Part shown: positions 18,194 through 28,032 of the stretch, one piece after another
Layout: every line of letters begins with the position of its first letter
How positions within the stretch are numbered: position 1 is the stretch's first letter
Origin: a virus
Lineage: Duplodnaviria; Caudoviricetes
Strand: one strand, 5' to 3'
Length of the DNA stretch: 48,910 bases
Virus record (IMG/VR): IMGVR_UViG_3300022221_000012
Coordinates: 1-48,910 of that record
Translations under genes and position numbers: made by a program
Notes under the pieces: generated by a model
What the model was told of the DNA's origin: nothing
The model's input: the letters and a program-made list of their open reading frames with translations, nothing else
The model's database searches: none

Positions 18194-20086
18194 TTAGAAT
18201 CCTGCGTCTGCAATTTCGCCTGAGAAATTGAAGTCGGTCGAGCAAGAACTGCCCTTCGATCTACTGCTACTTACGCCTGCAGAGAAGTTCATAGCGCTCA
18301 TCGTGGCCGCTGATAACTGTGTAATAGCTTGCGTTTGTTGCTCGCGCAATCTTGTAAGTATTTGCACGATAGATATATTTTCTTGAACGGCTATTTGTGC
18401 TGCTTGCAGCTCGGTATCTACCTGCGCTCTAGCGCGCTCAAGACCTAGCTGAAATGTTCTGTCGCTGGCTGCTGATGCTGCCTGCTCAATGGCTGCATCT
18501 GATGCATAAATTCTCGTCTGTGCGTCTATGTGTCCGGTAGCTGCTGCCAGCCTTGATCGTTCGCCTTCTATCTTGGCTCGAAACACGTCTAAACCACCAG
18601 CCCACGCCTTTAGCCTTTGGTCATGTGATGATTGACGCAGCCTTTCCCTGTCGAATCGAAGCATGTTTTCATCTTTCCACGCGCCTATCCGTGTAGCAAA
18701 AGCCTGTGTCATACTTTGGTAAACGTCTGCCTTGACTCCTTCGCCTTGAACCGAAGCTCTATACCCGTCCCACTCAGATGTATGCGCTCTCCATCGCTCG
18801 CCGTATGCCTCTAGCTCAGCGCGATATGCGTCAATTGCAATTTTATTTACATTAGCCTGCGACTCTACGGCCCCGACTTGCGCCCTGTAAAAGTCCACAA
18901 GCGCCTGCACGCCCCGAACCTGCTCAGCATAGATTCGTGCGCGCTGCTCGTTAATCTCGCCTCTGGCGCGCTCTCCTTCGATCTGGGCGCGGTATAGCTC
19001 GACTTTGGATAATTCGGCACGGATGCGCTCAGCAAATACCTGTGATTCTGTTCTGTAGCCTTCCATCCTTGCGTTAAAGATGGTCACTTTTGAATTAAGG
19101 ATCGCTATAGCGCTTTCTCTGGCGTACTGTGCTGCTGCAAGCAATAGGCGTTCTTCTTCTATGTGCAGATTGATTAAAGTGCCTTCTAGCGCCAATCCTT
19201 GCTGCACAGCGAAACGCAAATTCTCAATTTCAACATCAGCAACGCGAATCGTAATATCTCGGTTATGGTCTGCCGCACGATTAGCCGCTTCCTGCCGTGT
19301 TTTTCTTAGGCGCGCATCCAAGATGCCGTTCGGGTGACTGAAACCGCGTGTGGCAAATTCTTCGTGGGTTTCTTGTATTGCTCGATGTGTTTCTTCATCT
19401 ACTCGGGCGCGGCCACGCTCAAAGAGCGCTGTTTCAATTGCAGGGGCCAATCCCGTGCCGCCGTCCATCATGCCGCTGACACGGCCTTTGATCTTATCGA
19501 GCAGGTCAGACATATAAGCATCAGGCGTAAAATGGAAATTTTCGTTTATTTCCATGCCTTCAAAGTCCGGCGCTTGCTCATTAAATGTAGTCAGTACAAC
19601 ATTAGGCACTGCAGGTAAATTCAATTGCTCAAATGTGGGCAGTTCTGGCAATGATAGTGTCGGGCTATCAGGCAGCACCAAATCAGCAAATCTTTGAGGT
19701 GCGTCAGGTAATGGAATGTTTGGCGCATCAGGTCTTGGGCCAAAGCTAATGATAGGTGCTTGCATATCCGCATTTGGCGCAACGCTTATATCTGGGTCTG
19801 TACTCACGTACTGAGGCGCATCTGGCACTGCGTCCGGCTCTCTATACACAAGCTCTGATGTATTAAACTCAGGACGATTAGGCCGTATAAACGCGGTAAG
19901 CTCGCCATTAAAATCAAACGATGCATTAAAGCCTACAGGCTCGATATTAAAATCGTCTAGGTCGTTAATGCTTCGTGTTGCCAACTCATAGGTTTTGTTG
20001 GCTAGATTCGTAAACATCGTGTAGCCGCCATCAACAAACAATACGGCTGGATCAGTGCTGTTATCAGGGCAAAATGTAACCGCCAT
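18194..20086 (-). CDS. Putative virion protein with a Pro-rich N-terminus and long coiled coil (ejection/tail candidate)
   Basis: 630 aa; extended helical heptads; position in the late operon. Confidence 0.6.
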   Translation of the reverse strand: MAVTFCPDNSTDPAVLFVDGGYTMFTNLANKTYELATRSINDLDDFNIEPVGFNASFDFNGELTAFIRPNRPEFNTSELVYREPDAVPDAPQYVSTDPDISVAPNADMQAPIISFGPRPDAPNIPLPDAPQRFADLVLPDSPTLSLPELPTFEQLNLPAVPNVVLTTFNEQAPDFEGMEINENFHFTPDAYMSDLLDKIKGRVSGMMDGGTGLAPAIETALFERGRARVDEETHRAIQETHEEFATRGFSHPNGILDARLRKTRQEAANRAADHNRDITIRVADVEIENLRFAVQQGLALEGTLINLHIEEERLLLAAAQYARESAIAILNSKVTIFNARMEGYRTESQVFAERIRAELSKVELYRAQIEGERARGEINEQRARIYAEQVRGVQALVDFYRAQVGAVESQANVNKIAIDAYRAELEAYGERWRAHTSEWDGYRASVQGEGVKADVYQSMTQAFATRIGAWKDENMLRFDRERLRQSSHDQRLKAWAGGLDVFRAKIEGERSRLAAATGHIDAQTRIYASDAAIEQAASAASDRTFQLGLERARAQVDTELQAAQIAVQENISIVQILTRLREQQTQAITQLSAATMSAMNFSAGVSSSRSKGSSCSTDFNFSGEIADAGF

Positions 20087-20089
20087 TAT

Positions 20090-21688
20090 CTACTCTCCTT
20101 GGCCCGTGCCTTGGATTCTCTTTTCCAAGACCATAGGCAAAAATTCAATTTGATCTAAAGCGAAATTACTGCCATCGACGTTTTCAAGCTCAAAACCCCA
20201 GTAAACAGATTTTAAGCCTTTGCCGATCTTAACTCGCCCCTCTCTCAATCCGGTCAAAGACCTTGGCTTGAACCGATAAACATGCGTTTCTTTAGCGCCT
20301 GATTGATTATTTACCAACATCTTTAGCAACATATCGCCGCTAGCTTCCATGCCTACATAAGCGCTAGACATGCGTTTTAATGCGCCGGTTCCTAGGTTGC
20401 TCATAGCGCCGCGTATCTTCGATGAAATAGGTGTGCCATCGTCGTTATCACCTTCAAGCGCGTATATCCCATCATCGAGCGCGCCAAAATAACGCCCTCC
20501 AAGACCGGCCATAGAATTAAATGGATAATTCGTGTATTTCCCTAGGTGCTTACTTTCGGTATTGACCGACCAAGCAACGTACTGCCCTGTATCAAGCGTC
20601 ATGTGGATAGCAAGGCCAGCGCCTTCACGGATCATGTTAAATGCTTCTGCAGTGCTATTTAACGCTTCGCCTACATTCAATGCATCACTAACCATTATGG
20701 TAATAGAGCCTTGGTTATTAGCATCATCTGCCATCAATAGGCCTTCGATCATGGCCGCTGCGGCCTCTAAGGCGTGATCAATGCTGTCACCAGCTAATAG
20801 CCCTTCCGTCACGCTTTCACGCAGTCTGACCTGCACAATATCTGCAAAGGCTATGGCTGATATGATAATCTGTGTGGCTTCTGCATGGCTAATCGCCACC
20901 TCGCCTAATAACAATGCATCAATGACTTTAATCAGCCCTTGCGTGTTGATTGCCATTCCATCACCTACAAGCATGGATTCAATCAGCGTGTTTCTAAAGA
21001 TAAAAGCAAATGACTCTGTTAAATCTAGCTTTTCAAAAAGCGATGAATTAAATTCGCCGCTACTTATCAAAGATTCTTTTGTGACAAGTATCTCGCTCAT
21101 CACCGCTAGGACACGCCCCAATGGAATATCACCTGCGGCTACTGATTCGGTAATATCATCAAAGTTGTATCCGGTATAGGCAAATGTGTTCCCGCCGCTT
21201 TGTACTACATTAATGTAGTTTTCAGGCAAGGCTTCTGGCAATTCTTGGATGTGCCCGTCATAAGTAACCACGCCATCAATAATGCCTAACGCTTGTTCGG
21301 CCATAAACCCAGAGTAGGTTATTTCAGTGTCTATACTGCCGGATGTTATCGAGTACGCTTGAATGTCTGCTTCGTAATTGACTACGCCGACAAGCTCAGA
21401 GAAATCTAGCGCACCTAGTTCTATGCCAGACATGGCCGCATAAAAAGTAATCACGCCATCAATAGAGCCTGTAGCTGCCTGCGTCATTAGTGTTTCATAA
21501 TTGACTGAGCCGTTAATTTGCCCGTAGGTAATAAAGTGCCCAGATAAGCTTGCCTCGTAGCTAACAACGCCATCTATAAAACCGTCTGCTGCACTGATAA
21601 TAGCGCCTTCATAAAGCACTACGCCGGTTAGCTGTCCGATCAAAGGCGGCTGTGGCGGCTCTTGTGTCAGGGCTTCAAAACTAATCAT
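20090..21688 (-). CDS. Putative tail structural protein with N-terminal repeats
   Basis: Seven GxIDGVVxY-like repeats; beta-rich C-terminal domain (NYPFNS, DGIYALEG). Confidence 0.6.
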   Translation of the reverse strand: MISFEALTQEPPQPPLIGQLTGVVLYEGAIISAADGFIDGVVSYEASLSGHFITYGQINGSVNYETLMTQAATGSIDGVITFYAAMSGIELGALDFSELVGVVNYEADIQAYSITSGSIDTEITYSGFMAEQALGIIDGVVTYDGHIQELPEALPENYINVVQSGGNTFAYTGYNFDDITESVAAGDIPLGRVLAVMSEILVTKESLISSGEFNSSLFEKLDLTESFAFIFRNTLIESMLVGDGMAINTQGLIKVIDALLLGEVAISHAEATQIIISAIAFADIVQVRLRESVTEGLLAGDSIDHALEAAAAMIEGLLMADDANNQGSITIMVSDALNVGEALNSTAEAFNMIREGAGLAIHMTLDTGQYVAWSVNTESKHLGKYTNYPFNSMAGLGGRYFGALDDGIYALEGDNDDGTPISSKIRGAMSNLGTGALKRMSSAYVGMEASGDMLLKMLVNNQSGAKETHVYRFKPRSLTGLREGRVKIGKGLKSVYWGFELENVDGSNFALDQIEFLPMVLEKRIQGTGQGE

Positions 21689-22164
21689 ATGATGGTATCC
21701 CCTGCCAAATAGAGCCAGCCGACAGCTTTAATTTCGCCGCTGCTTTCTACTTGTGATTTATAGATAAAACCAATGTCCGGCACGGCATAGGTAACGACTC
21801 TGGATCGACGATATAGTTGAAATTCTGCCGTCGTTGGAAAAACTGTGAAGCTAGTTCTTTGTTGGCCTCTTTCGTAAATGGCGAATTGCTTACTAGCTGC
21901 CCCTTCTTTGATAACAAAACCATGAGACATATCGCTAATGTTGTCGCCTTCATCTGCGTGCGACACGCCGCAAAGAATGCCTATGCTTTGACCTACGCCG
22001 AATTTTAGAACGCAATCTCCGCTGTGCCTCACAATACTTTCGGCGTTAGAGTTCCAACCTTCATTATTGCTGTATATAACGCCTCTTGGCCTAAACGGAA
22101 TTGCAGGCACGGCCACGCAGTCATAGCAGCCATTACTTAGCAATGTGCAGGGAGAAGCGCTCAT
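21685..22164 (-). CDS. Putative virion structural protein
   Basis: 159 aa, coupled to the next gene. Confidence 0.55.
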   Translation of the reverse strand: MSASPCTLLSNGCYDCVAVPAIPFRPRGVIYSNNEGWNSNAESIVRHSGDCVLKFGVGQSIGILCGVSHADEGDNISDMSHGFVIKEGAASKQFAIYERGQQRTSFTVFPTTAEFQLYRRSRVVTYAVPDIGFIYKSQVESSGEIKAVGWLYLAGDTII

Positions 22165-22174
22165 TCATACCTCA

Positions 22175-22444
22175 TCAAAAAAATGTGATCACGCCGGTAC
22201 ATGCATTTTTGTACCCAATAAGCACATTGGTTCTATTGTCAATCACCACTAATCCATCTGTCCTATAAACAGGAATAGGTGGATAAGGGCATGAGCTACG
22301 TGTGCCGCCTGATCCCACTACAACAGGCCTTGTTATTGCAGGCGGCCTATTGGGTAGTGGAGGACAATACACGCCTGCTGCACTGCCTGGCCTGGCCGAC
22401 TGTCCATTATCAATACGAACAGACTCAAGCTTTAGCAAGGCCAT
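22175..22444 (-). CDS. Small Pro/Cys-containing hypothetical virion protein
   Basis: Fills the gap in the - strand operon. Confidence 0.5.
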   Translation of the reverse strand: MALLKLESVRIDNGQSARPGSAAGVYCPPLPNRPPAITRPVVVGSGGTRSSCPYPPIPVYRTDGLVVIDNRTNVLIGYKNACTGVITFF

Positions 22445-22446
22445 GG

Positions 22447-22932
22447 TTAAGCTACTCGGAATTGTGCAAAATTAGCTGCTGTTACGTTGGTTCCGTTTCG
22501 CGTAATCTGCGCGCTGGTCAAGATAAGCTCGGCTCCTGCAACGCCTAAAGTGCCTTGCAATCGACGGTTTGATGTGAGGCCTGCGGCTTGTCCATTGTCA
22601 CCGGCTTGGCACAAGCGCCAGAACGTGCCTGTTAATGTCGTTTGCGCGGCCTCGAATCCGGTAAAGTCATTCACTCCCGCCCATGTTTGCGCCGCAAGTT
22701 TAGAAATTGCTCTATTTGTTGCCGTGGCTTCAAATGCGATGCCTGTCACGCCGTTTACTACTGGTACTGCATCTGCTGCCAGTTTAACTAGCTGTGTATG
22801 CACTGAAACCATGTCAAGCGCGGCATCTGCATCCACTGGGATAGCGCCGCTAAAAATATAAATAAAGCTGCCGGTTAATTCCGTCGCAAAATTTTGCATG
22901 CTTGCGTTGGCTAGACCAAGACCTACTTTCAT
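22447..22932 (-). CDS. Putative tail structural protein, paralog of 22945..23415
   Basis: IYIFSGAIPVDADA, TFWRL, RLQGT. Confidence 0.7.
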   Translation of the reverse strand: MKVGLGLANASMQNFATELTGSFIYIFSGAIPVDADAALDMVSVHTQLVKLAADAVPVVNGVTGIAFEATATNRAISKLAAQTWAGVNDFTGFEAAQTTLTGTFWRLCQAGDNGQAAGLTSNRRLQGTLGVAGAELILTSAQITRNGTNVTAANFAQFRVA

Positions 22933-22944
22933 AATGTGTTCTCC

Positions 22945-23415
22945 TTAAAGCCCGATAACAGGCGGTAATGTGTATGTAAATGAATCGAAAGGCTTGTTTT
23001 GCCCTAACGTAATTGTACCTGACGATATAGTCATATCGTCGGCTGGATCGGCTGAAACCGAGCCTTGAATGCGTGCGTGCGTGTACGACAATAACCCATC
23101 ATCAGGCGCATTTGCCAACAGCCTAAAGAATGTAGGCGCGCCGGTAGCAATAGGCACAAGAACCCATGACTGCGTTGGGTCTTTTAACACCAGAACACCG
23201 GCATTTATCATCTTTAAGCCGTTCGCTGCACTTCCTGACACCCATGGCTGACCATTGTTAGATATTCTGCCTAGCAATGTAGCTGCCCCTAATGGCGCAT
23301 CCGCATCAACTGGCACGGCTCCGCTGTATAGCTCAATCGCACCATTAGCAAATATCTGAGGAAATGATACCGGCCCTAGTATTAGTTCTTTGTATTTGTG
23401 TGATACATAAAGCAT
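22945..23415 (-). CDS. Putative tail structural protein, paralog of 22447..22932
   Basis: IELYSGAVPVDADA, TFFRL, RIQGS. Confidence 0.7.
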   Translation of the reverse strand: MLYVSHKYKELILGPVSFPQIFANGAIELYSGAVPVDADAPLGAATLLGRISNNGQPWVSGSAANGLKMINAGVLVLKDPTQSWVLVPIATGAPTFFRLLANAPDDGLLSYTHARIQGSVSADPADDMTISSGTITLGQNKPFDSFTYTLPPVIGL

Positions 23416-23423
23416 ATTTTTTC

Positions 23424-24086
23424 CTAGAATAATTCGTTATATAGCGCGGCATTGAAAGCCACGTCTTCTGTTCTTCCTGACTGCGTAGTGATACTTCCTT
23501 CTATCCGAAATATATAGCCTCTCACATAATCCTGCAGCACGGTCGCATTGCCGTATGTGGCCGATGTATTTCCCGTTGTTTGAAGTGTCACAGTCACAGA
23601 GCCACCCGTGAAATCAAGCGTCGAATTTGGTAATTCAAAAACCTTCAATCCGTCCATCGTCGAGCCTGTTATGTTGTAAACCTCCATAAAACAACTTACC
23701 AGGGACAGACTGCCGGACACCGCATAATCAACAATCTCGTCATCAAATTCATCTGCCGTGGCTGAAAAACCAATCAAAAAGGGATCCATTACTTGACTTC
23801 CAGAAGGCGTGTCAACCACTGGGTTGTTTGTAGCGAAGTTTATCCCGCTGCCTCCCTGTTCTTTGCTATATCCAGATAAATACCTAGGGGAACTGCCATC
23901 GCCATTCCATCTTCCGGTGATATAATTGGTTTTGTTATCAAAGGAAGCAGGAAATGACGTTGTTATCGGGTTCAAGACTGGACTACCAATCAAAGGCACG
24001 ATGGTTCCGAAATCACCAAGCACAAAATTACTCGGACTGGCACAATCCTCTACAGCGTTTCTAACATTAGTCCAAAAACAGGCCAT
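23424..24086 (-). CDS. Putative tail tip/receptor-binding accessory protein
   Basis: Starts MACFWTNVRNAVEDC; Thr/Ser/Gly-rich beta-type composition. Confidence 0.55.
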   Translation of the reverse strand: MACFWTNVRNAVEDCASPSNFVLGDFGTIVPLIGSPVLNPITTSFPASFDNKTNYITGRWNGDGSSPRYLSGYSKEQGGSGINFATNNPVVDTPSGSQVMDPFLIGFSATADEFDDEIVDYAVSGSLSLVSCFMEVYNITGSTMDGLKVFELPNSTLDFTGGSVTVTLQTTGNTSATYGNATVLQDYVRGYIFRIEGSITTQSGRTEDVAFNAALYNELF

Positions 24087-24088
24087 TA

Positions 24089-25954
24089 CTACCTCACAAA
24101 AATTGGTCGCCCTAAAACGGTTATTGGATGCGCCCTAAATCCGTTTCCGGCCATTCCGGTTAAGCCTTCTAAAGATTCCTTTATGTTGCTAAAGACTGCA
24201 GAATCATCGCCATTGCTGGCTTTAGGCGCGGGCGTTGATATCATGCTCGCAGAGCCAGACATAGCTATACAACCTACATCTATATTTCCGCTTTCGTCGG
24301 CTCGATCAGACGAAAACCCTACGGCCACAGCGCCATATGTTGTACCTGCATTTGCCTGCGTGTGTACATTAAAGCGATGATGTGCATGCAAGCCCACATA
24401 CCCTGCAGAGCCTTGCCGATAAACTAGAAAAAATGGTGCTGCATTGCCAACAAAGAAGGGAAATGGCGCGCCGGAAGAAACATTCATGCCAAAAGGCGCG
24501 ATCCTATTTGCCCACATTGCGTTTATATCGCTAGTCCAAGGGCCATATGTGACTTGCGCATGCGATGTGTTTTTAGATAAAAGCTCAACGGTCACAAGCA
24601 AATCATCTATCCGTAGGTCGTTGCTTTTTGAATACCTGTACCTTTGAATTGCTAGCAGGTTTTTTCTAATATCCACATGGGCGAAATAGCTTATATCCCA
24701 TGAACTATTCGCATACCCCGTTAGAATATAGCTGTGATCGCCAATGCGTGCGGTATAAACAATGCCGTTTGTTGTCGCATCGCCTTCGCTTTTAATTGTC
24801 ATGTCAATGCGTGTATCGCCATCATAATCAGACGCAATTGCTGTTTCAGGAAAATCAAAATCAACGGCTGTGACTGAGATTGACTCCGATACCAGCACAC
24901 CGGCATCTATTGTTAATGTAAGCCTATTGTGTGCCGAAGGCGTTAATGGAAGGTTTAAAGCCACGCCCTGCCATACAGTAGGGAATGAATACGAAACCGC
25001 CTCAGTGCACGATTGGTTAAAAAACCACGGGCCTATCGCCTCATCAACGACCTGCGACCACACCAGTTCGTGAGAACCCAAAACCACCTTTGCTGCAGGC
25101 AGTCCTTGTCCGGACGTGTCTCGATCTACTCTATACCTGTAAACAGATAAGCTGACTTGAACATCAGGCGGTTGAGGCTCTTGCGCAACGAATCTAGGGT
25201 AAACATGATTGGCTTGCAGGTCTGATTGCATCGCATACAACCACCACTGCCCATCTATAAATCTCAATGCCGCGCCTTTTATGTATCTCTGGCTGATATT
25301 TGGTGTTGGTGTAGTCTGTGCCTCGTATGTGTCTGTGTCTAAAATCACTCGGCCATAATGAAATATCTTTGTATCCCATAACGCGCCCGTTACCAGTCCA
25401 GGATCAGGCCAGTATCGTGTGCTCGCTCCTTTCCACGATATTCTTATTCCTTCGCCAGACTCCCAATCGACGTTGCCATAAAACCTTAGACCAGAAGGGA
25501 GAAAGTCTGCTCCATTTCTTTGCTTATAAGCATGTTTTTTGCCTTTAATGGCTTCCCAGTATCCGGCAAAACGATCATACAAAAAGGAAGCCCACGATTG
25601 GCTTACGCTTGGCGGCGACAACACCTGCTGCGGATATACTGCATCTACTCCATTAGGCGATGCCAGTGTTCTAGGCCAGCATAAAAACCCATCAAATACA
25701 TCAATATCTTCCTGCTCTACAGGCTCATCTATTGTGCTGATAGTAATTCTTGGCTGCTGCCCTATCATTTCAGCAACGATCAATGTGCCATCTTCTAGTC
25801 GCTTTCGGATTGTAGCTACACCAAGATTGCTTGCCTTGCCTTGCTGCATGGCATAGCCAAGCAGCTTTCGCGCATAAGGCAAAACAGCCATCGCCGCATC
25901 TTCATTGCCGAAGATGCGAAGATGATGCCAGTCTGCGTAGCGCGATCCGGCCAT
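24089..25954 (-). CDS. Putative tail protein (621 aa, beta-rich)
   Basis: Position among tail genes; beta-propeller-like composition. Confidence 0.55.
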   Translation of the reverse strand: MAGSRYADWHHLRIFGNEDAAMAVLPYARKLLGYAMQQGKASNLGVATIRKRLEDGTLIVAEMIGQQPRITISTIDEPVEQEDIDVFDGFLCWPRTLASPNGVDAVYPQQVLSPPSVSQSWASFLYDRFAGYWEAIKGKKHAYKQRNGADFLPSGLRFYGNVDWESGEGIRISWKGASTRYWPDPGLVTGALWDTKIFHYGRVILDTDTYEAQTTPTPNISQRYIKGAALRFIDGQWWLYAMQSDLQANHVYPRFVAQEPQPPDVQVSLSVYRYRVDRDTSGQGLPAAKVVLGSHELVWSQVVDEAIGPWFFNQSCTEAVSYSFPTVWQGVALNLPLTPSAHNRLTLTIDAGVLVSESISVTAVDFDFPETAIASDYDGDTRIDMTIKSEGDATTNGIVYTARIGDHSYILTGYANSSWDISYFAHVDIRKNLLAIQRYRYSKSNDLRIDDLLVTVELLSKNTSHAQVTYGPWTSDINAMWANRIAPFGMNVSSGAPFPFFVGNAAPFFLVYRQGSAGYVGLHAHHRFNVHTQANAGTTYGAVAVGFSSDRADESGNIDVGCIAMSGSASMISTPAPKASNGDDSAVFSNIKESLEGLTGMAGNGFRAHPITVLGRPIFVR

Positions 25955-26544
25955 TAAGCGCCATCATCAACTGCGGTCATTGAATAATCAATCAACAACT
26001 TGTCACCGGCAATCTGGTTTGTTCTGGTCGTTGCAAAGCGTGCCGAAGCAATAAGCAAGCCAGCCGAACCGCCCTTCACAGAAGATGTTAGCAAGCTGCC
26101 GCCATAAATAGTATATGGCCCGCCCGTTGAATAGGTGAATTGTGCTTCTGTGCCTGTATTGGATAAAACCTGGTTGGCTACATCACCACGCGCCCACACT
26201 GGCCTAGTAGTTTCATCGTATGCCGTGAACTCTGTCGAATTAGCCACGTAGTTTGCTGCCGTCCAAGTACCTGCAGGCGTGACGTTTCCAGAGAACAAAG
26301 ACAAGTAGAATGCGGTTTGTTGCGCTTGTGCATCGAAGGCTGCGCCAAGCAGATAATTGAGGCCTTGCGCTGTAAAAAGATTCGGCGCAATCTCGCGCTT
26401 TTCGCCTTCAAGTCGATGTCCGAAAGCGCCGCCAATGAATAGGCGAGAAGCATTAAAGTACGCACCTTTTTCTGTAAGCTCAAAGTTCTTGTTGCGGAAC
26501 TCACGGCCAAGGCCCGAAAGCGATTTTTTGCTTAAATTAAGCAT
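25954..26544 (-). CDS. Putative tail structural protein
   Basis: NLFTAQGLNYLL and YLSLFSGN motifs typical of phage tail proteins; start set after GGAGGA. Confidence 0.65.
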   Translation of the reverse strand: MLNLSKKSLSGLGREFRNKNFELTEKGAYFNASRLFIGGAFGHRLEGEKREIAPNLFTAQGLNYLLGAAFDAQAQQTAFYLSLFSGNVTPAGTWTAANYVANSTEFTAYDETTRPVWARGDVANQVLSNTGTEAQFTYSTGGPYTIYGGSLLTSSVKGGSAGLLIASARFATTRTNQIAGDKLLIDYSMTAVDDGA

Positions 26545-26557
26545 GGTTTGTTTCCTC

Positions 26558-26725
26558 CTACCATTTAGATTCAGGGCATTTTGCCCCATTAAGTTTTACC
26601 TTGGCTGCTATTAAACAGCCGCATTTACCACACCATGCAATAGCACCGCCACCGCTAAGATTTTTGAATGGACATGCTTGGCATATTGCTCTGCGCCGAT
26701 TTTGTTCATCTGGATTCGCAATCAT
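26558..26725 (-). CDS. Small Cys-rich protein (55 aa, DUF6171-like)
   Basis: Manual translation MIANPDEQNRRRAICQACPFKNLSGGGAIAWCGKCGCLIAAKVKLNGAKCPESKW*; ATGA overlap with the upstream stop; absent from the ORF track. Confidence 0.8.
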   Translation of the reverse strand: MIANPDEQNRRRAICQACPFKNLSGGGAIAWCGKCGCLIAAKVKLNGAKCPESKW

Positions 26726-28032
26726 GATGTAGTTCCGTCGTGGTGTACGGTGACTGCGCTTATTCTATCCGAAACCTTTAGCGCGCTGGGTTGTGCTGCG
26801 CTGATTGCGGAAATAAACTGCCTGATGCCATTTGTTTCTTTGATGATTGATGCTCCGCGTTCGCCTATATCTATCACGGCTTCATTGCTTTTAATTGGCA
26901 TTACTTGGCCTGATGGTAGGCCAATACAGAATTTATGATTAGTAGCCATCCATGCAACTACAGGCACTACGCTTTCAATTCCCCATATATCGGAAGGGGT
27001 CACTAAGTCCGTGCCTTCCACTACTCCATGCGGATATGCAATGTTTTGACGCATTGCGCTAGGGTTAGGGCCGGATAGCCAATATGTGCGATTGCCTGAC
27101 GACACAAACACGCCTGCGCCGTCTGCGCCGTCACCAAGAGTTTGCACCATTGTAATTCGTTCGGGGAAGGTAATACGGTTATCGGTTTCGTTATAAAGCC
27201 CGTAGCGCAAAGGCTCAGACCATATAAGCTCTTTACCTTTGGCTGCCCACATACGGCCATGCCCATAACGAACGATATGACCGGCTGGCATTTTAACTAA
27301 ATGCTGCGTATCGAGAAGCTTTCCTCTATTTGTCTTGCCGATATTGAAACTTGTCATGCCTACAGGTATATCTGCAACGTGTCTTAGCGATGTGTCATTT
27401 GCTGCGGTAGCATATATTCGCACCACAGACACCATGTCGCCCATGGCTGGTTGAGGAATTGACGTTAAAGCGATACCGCCGCTATCAGATACTTGGACAG
27501 CGCTTGCTAAAGTCGAACCGCTTTCTCGCCCGAATACGTCCCTGTAAGTGATAGCTACTTGATACTCTCCGGCATATAACCCACCTGCGCTGCTTCCAGC
27601 TAACAATGGCTGGCCGGATGGCTCTACACATCCCCACGGGATACCCTCAAGTCCTAGCGTTATCACGCCAGATTGCATTGAATTTGACCAGTACACTTGA
27701 TCATTCACAAGCGCATAGCTAATTGGTAAATTGTTGCTTATCCCTGTGGTTACAAGCTGCGGCTGAATATCCGCGCTAAAGGCGAAAATAGAATCGCCGT
27801 CTGCATAGAGCGCAAAGTCAAGTTTAGGATCAGACCAGATAGAATGAACCTTTGTCCCTGCGATTAAACGTGTCCTACCAGGCCGCCTACTGGCCTTGCC
27901 TTCTTTCGACAATTCAACATTCACGGCCTCGCGCAATACGCTGATTGCTTGGCTATTTTCAGGCGATAGATTGTTGATACCGGCAACGGCATCAATCTTG
28001 ATCATTTGGCCGTCTTTAACAGGCATTAGCAA
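26722..28032 (-). CDS. Putative tail nozzle/head-closure protein
   Basis: GINN..LREAVNVEL..RRPG N-terminus typical of podovirus nozzle proteins; follows the adaptor gene. Confidence 0.65.
   Translation of the reverse strand: MLMPVKDGQMIKIDAVAGINNLSPENSQAISVLREAVNVELSKEGKASRRPGRTRLIAGTKVHSIWSDPKLDFALYADGDSIFAFSADIQPQLVTTGISNNLPISYALVNDQVYWSNSMQSGVITLGLEGIPWGCVEPSGQPLLAGSSAGGLYAGEYQVAITYRDVFGRESGSTLASAVQVSDSGGIALTSIPQPAMGDMVSVVRIYATAANDTSLRHVADIPVGMTSFNIGKTNRGKLLDTQHLVKMPAGHIVRYGHGRMWAAKGKELIWSEPLRYGLYNETDNRITFPERITMVQTLGDGADGAGVFVSSGNRTYWLSGPNPSAMRQNIAYPHGVVEGTDLVTPSDIWGIESVVPVVAWMATNHKFCIGLPSGQVMPIKSNEAVIDIGERGASIIKETNGIRQFISAISAAQPSALKVSDRISAVTVHHDGTTS

Noticed and set aside
18194-20086. 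Long coiled-coil protein as a siphovirus tape measure
   Set aside because: No tail tube, chaperone frameshift or Dit/Tal context; portal, adaptor and nozzle genes look podovirus-like
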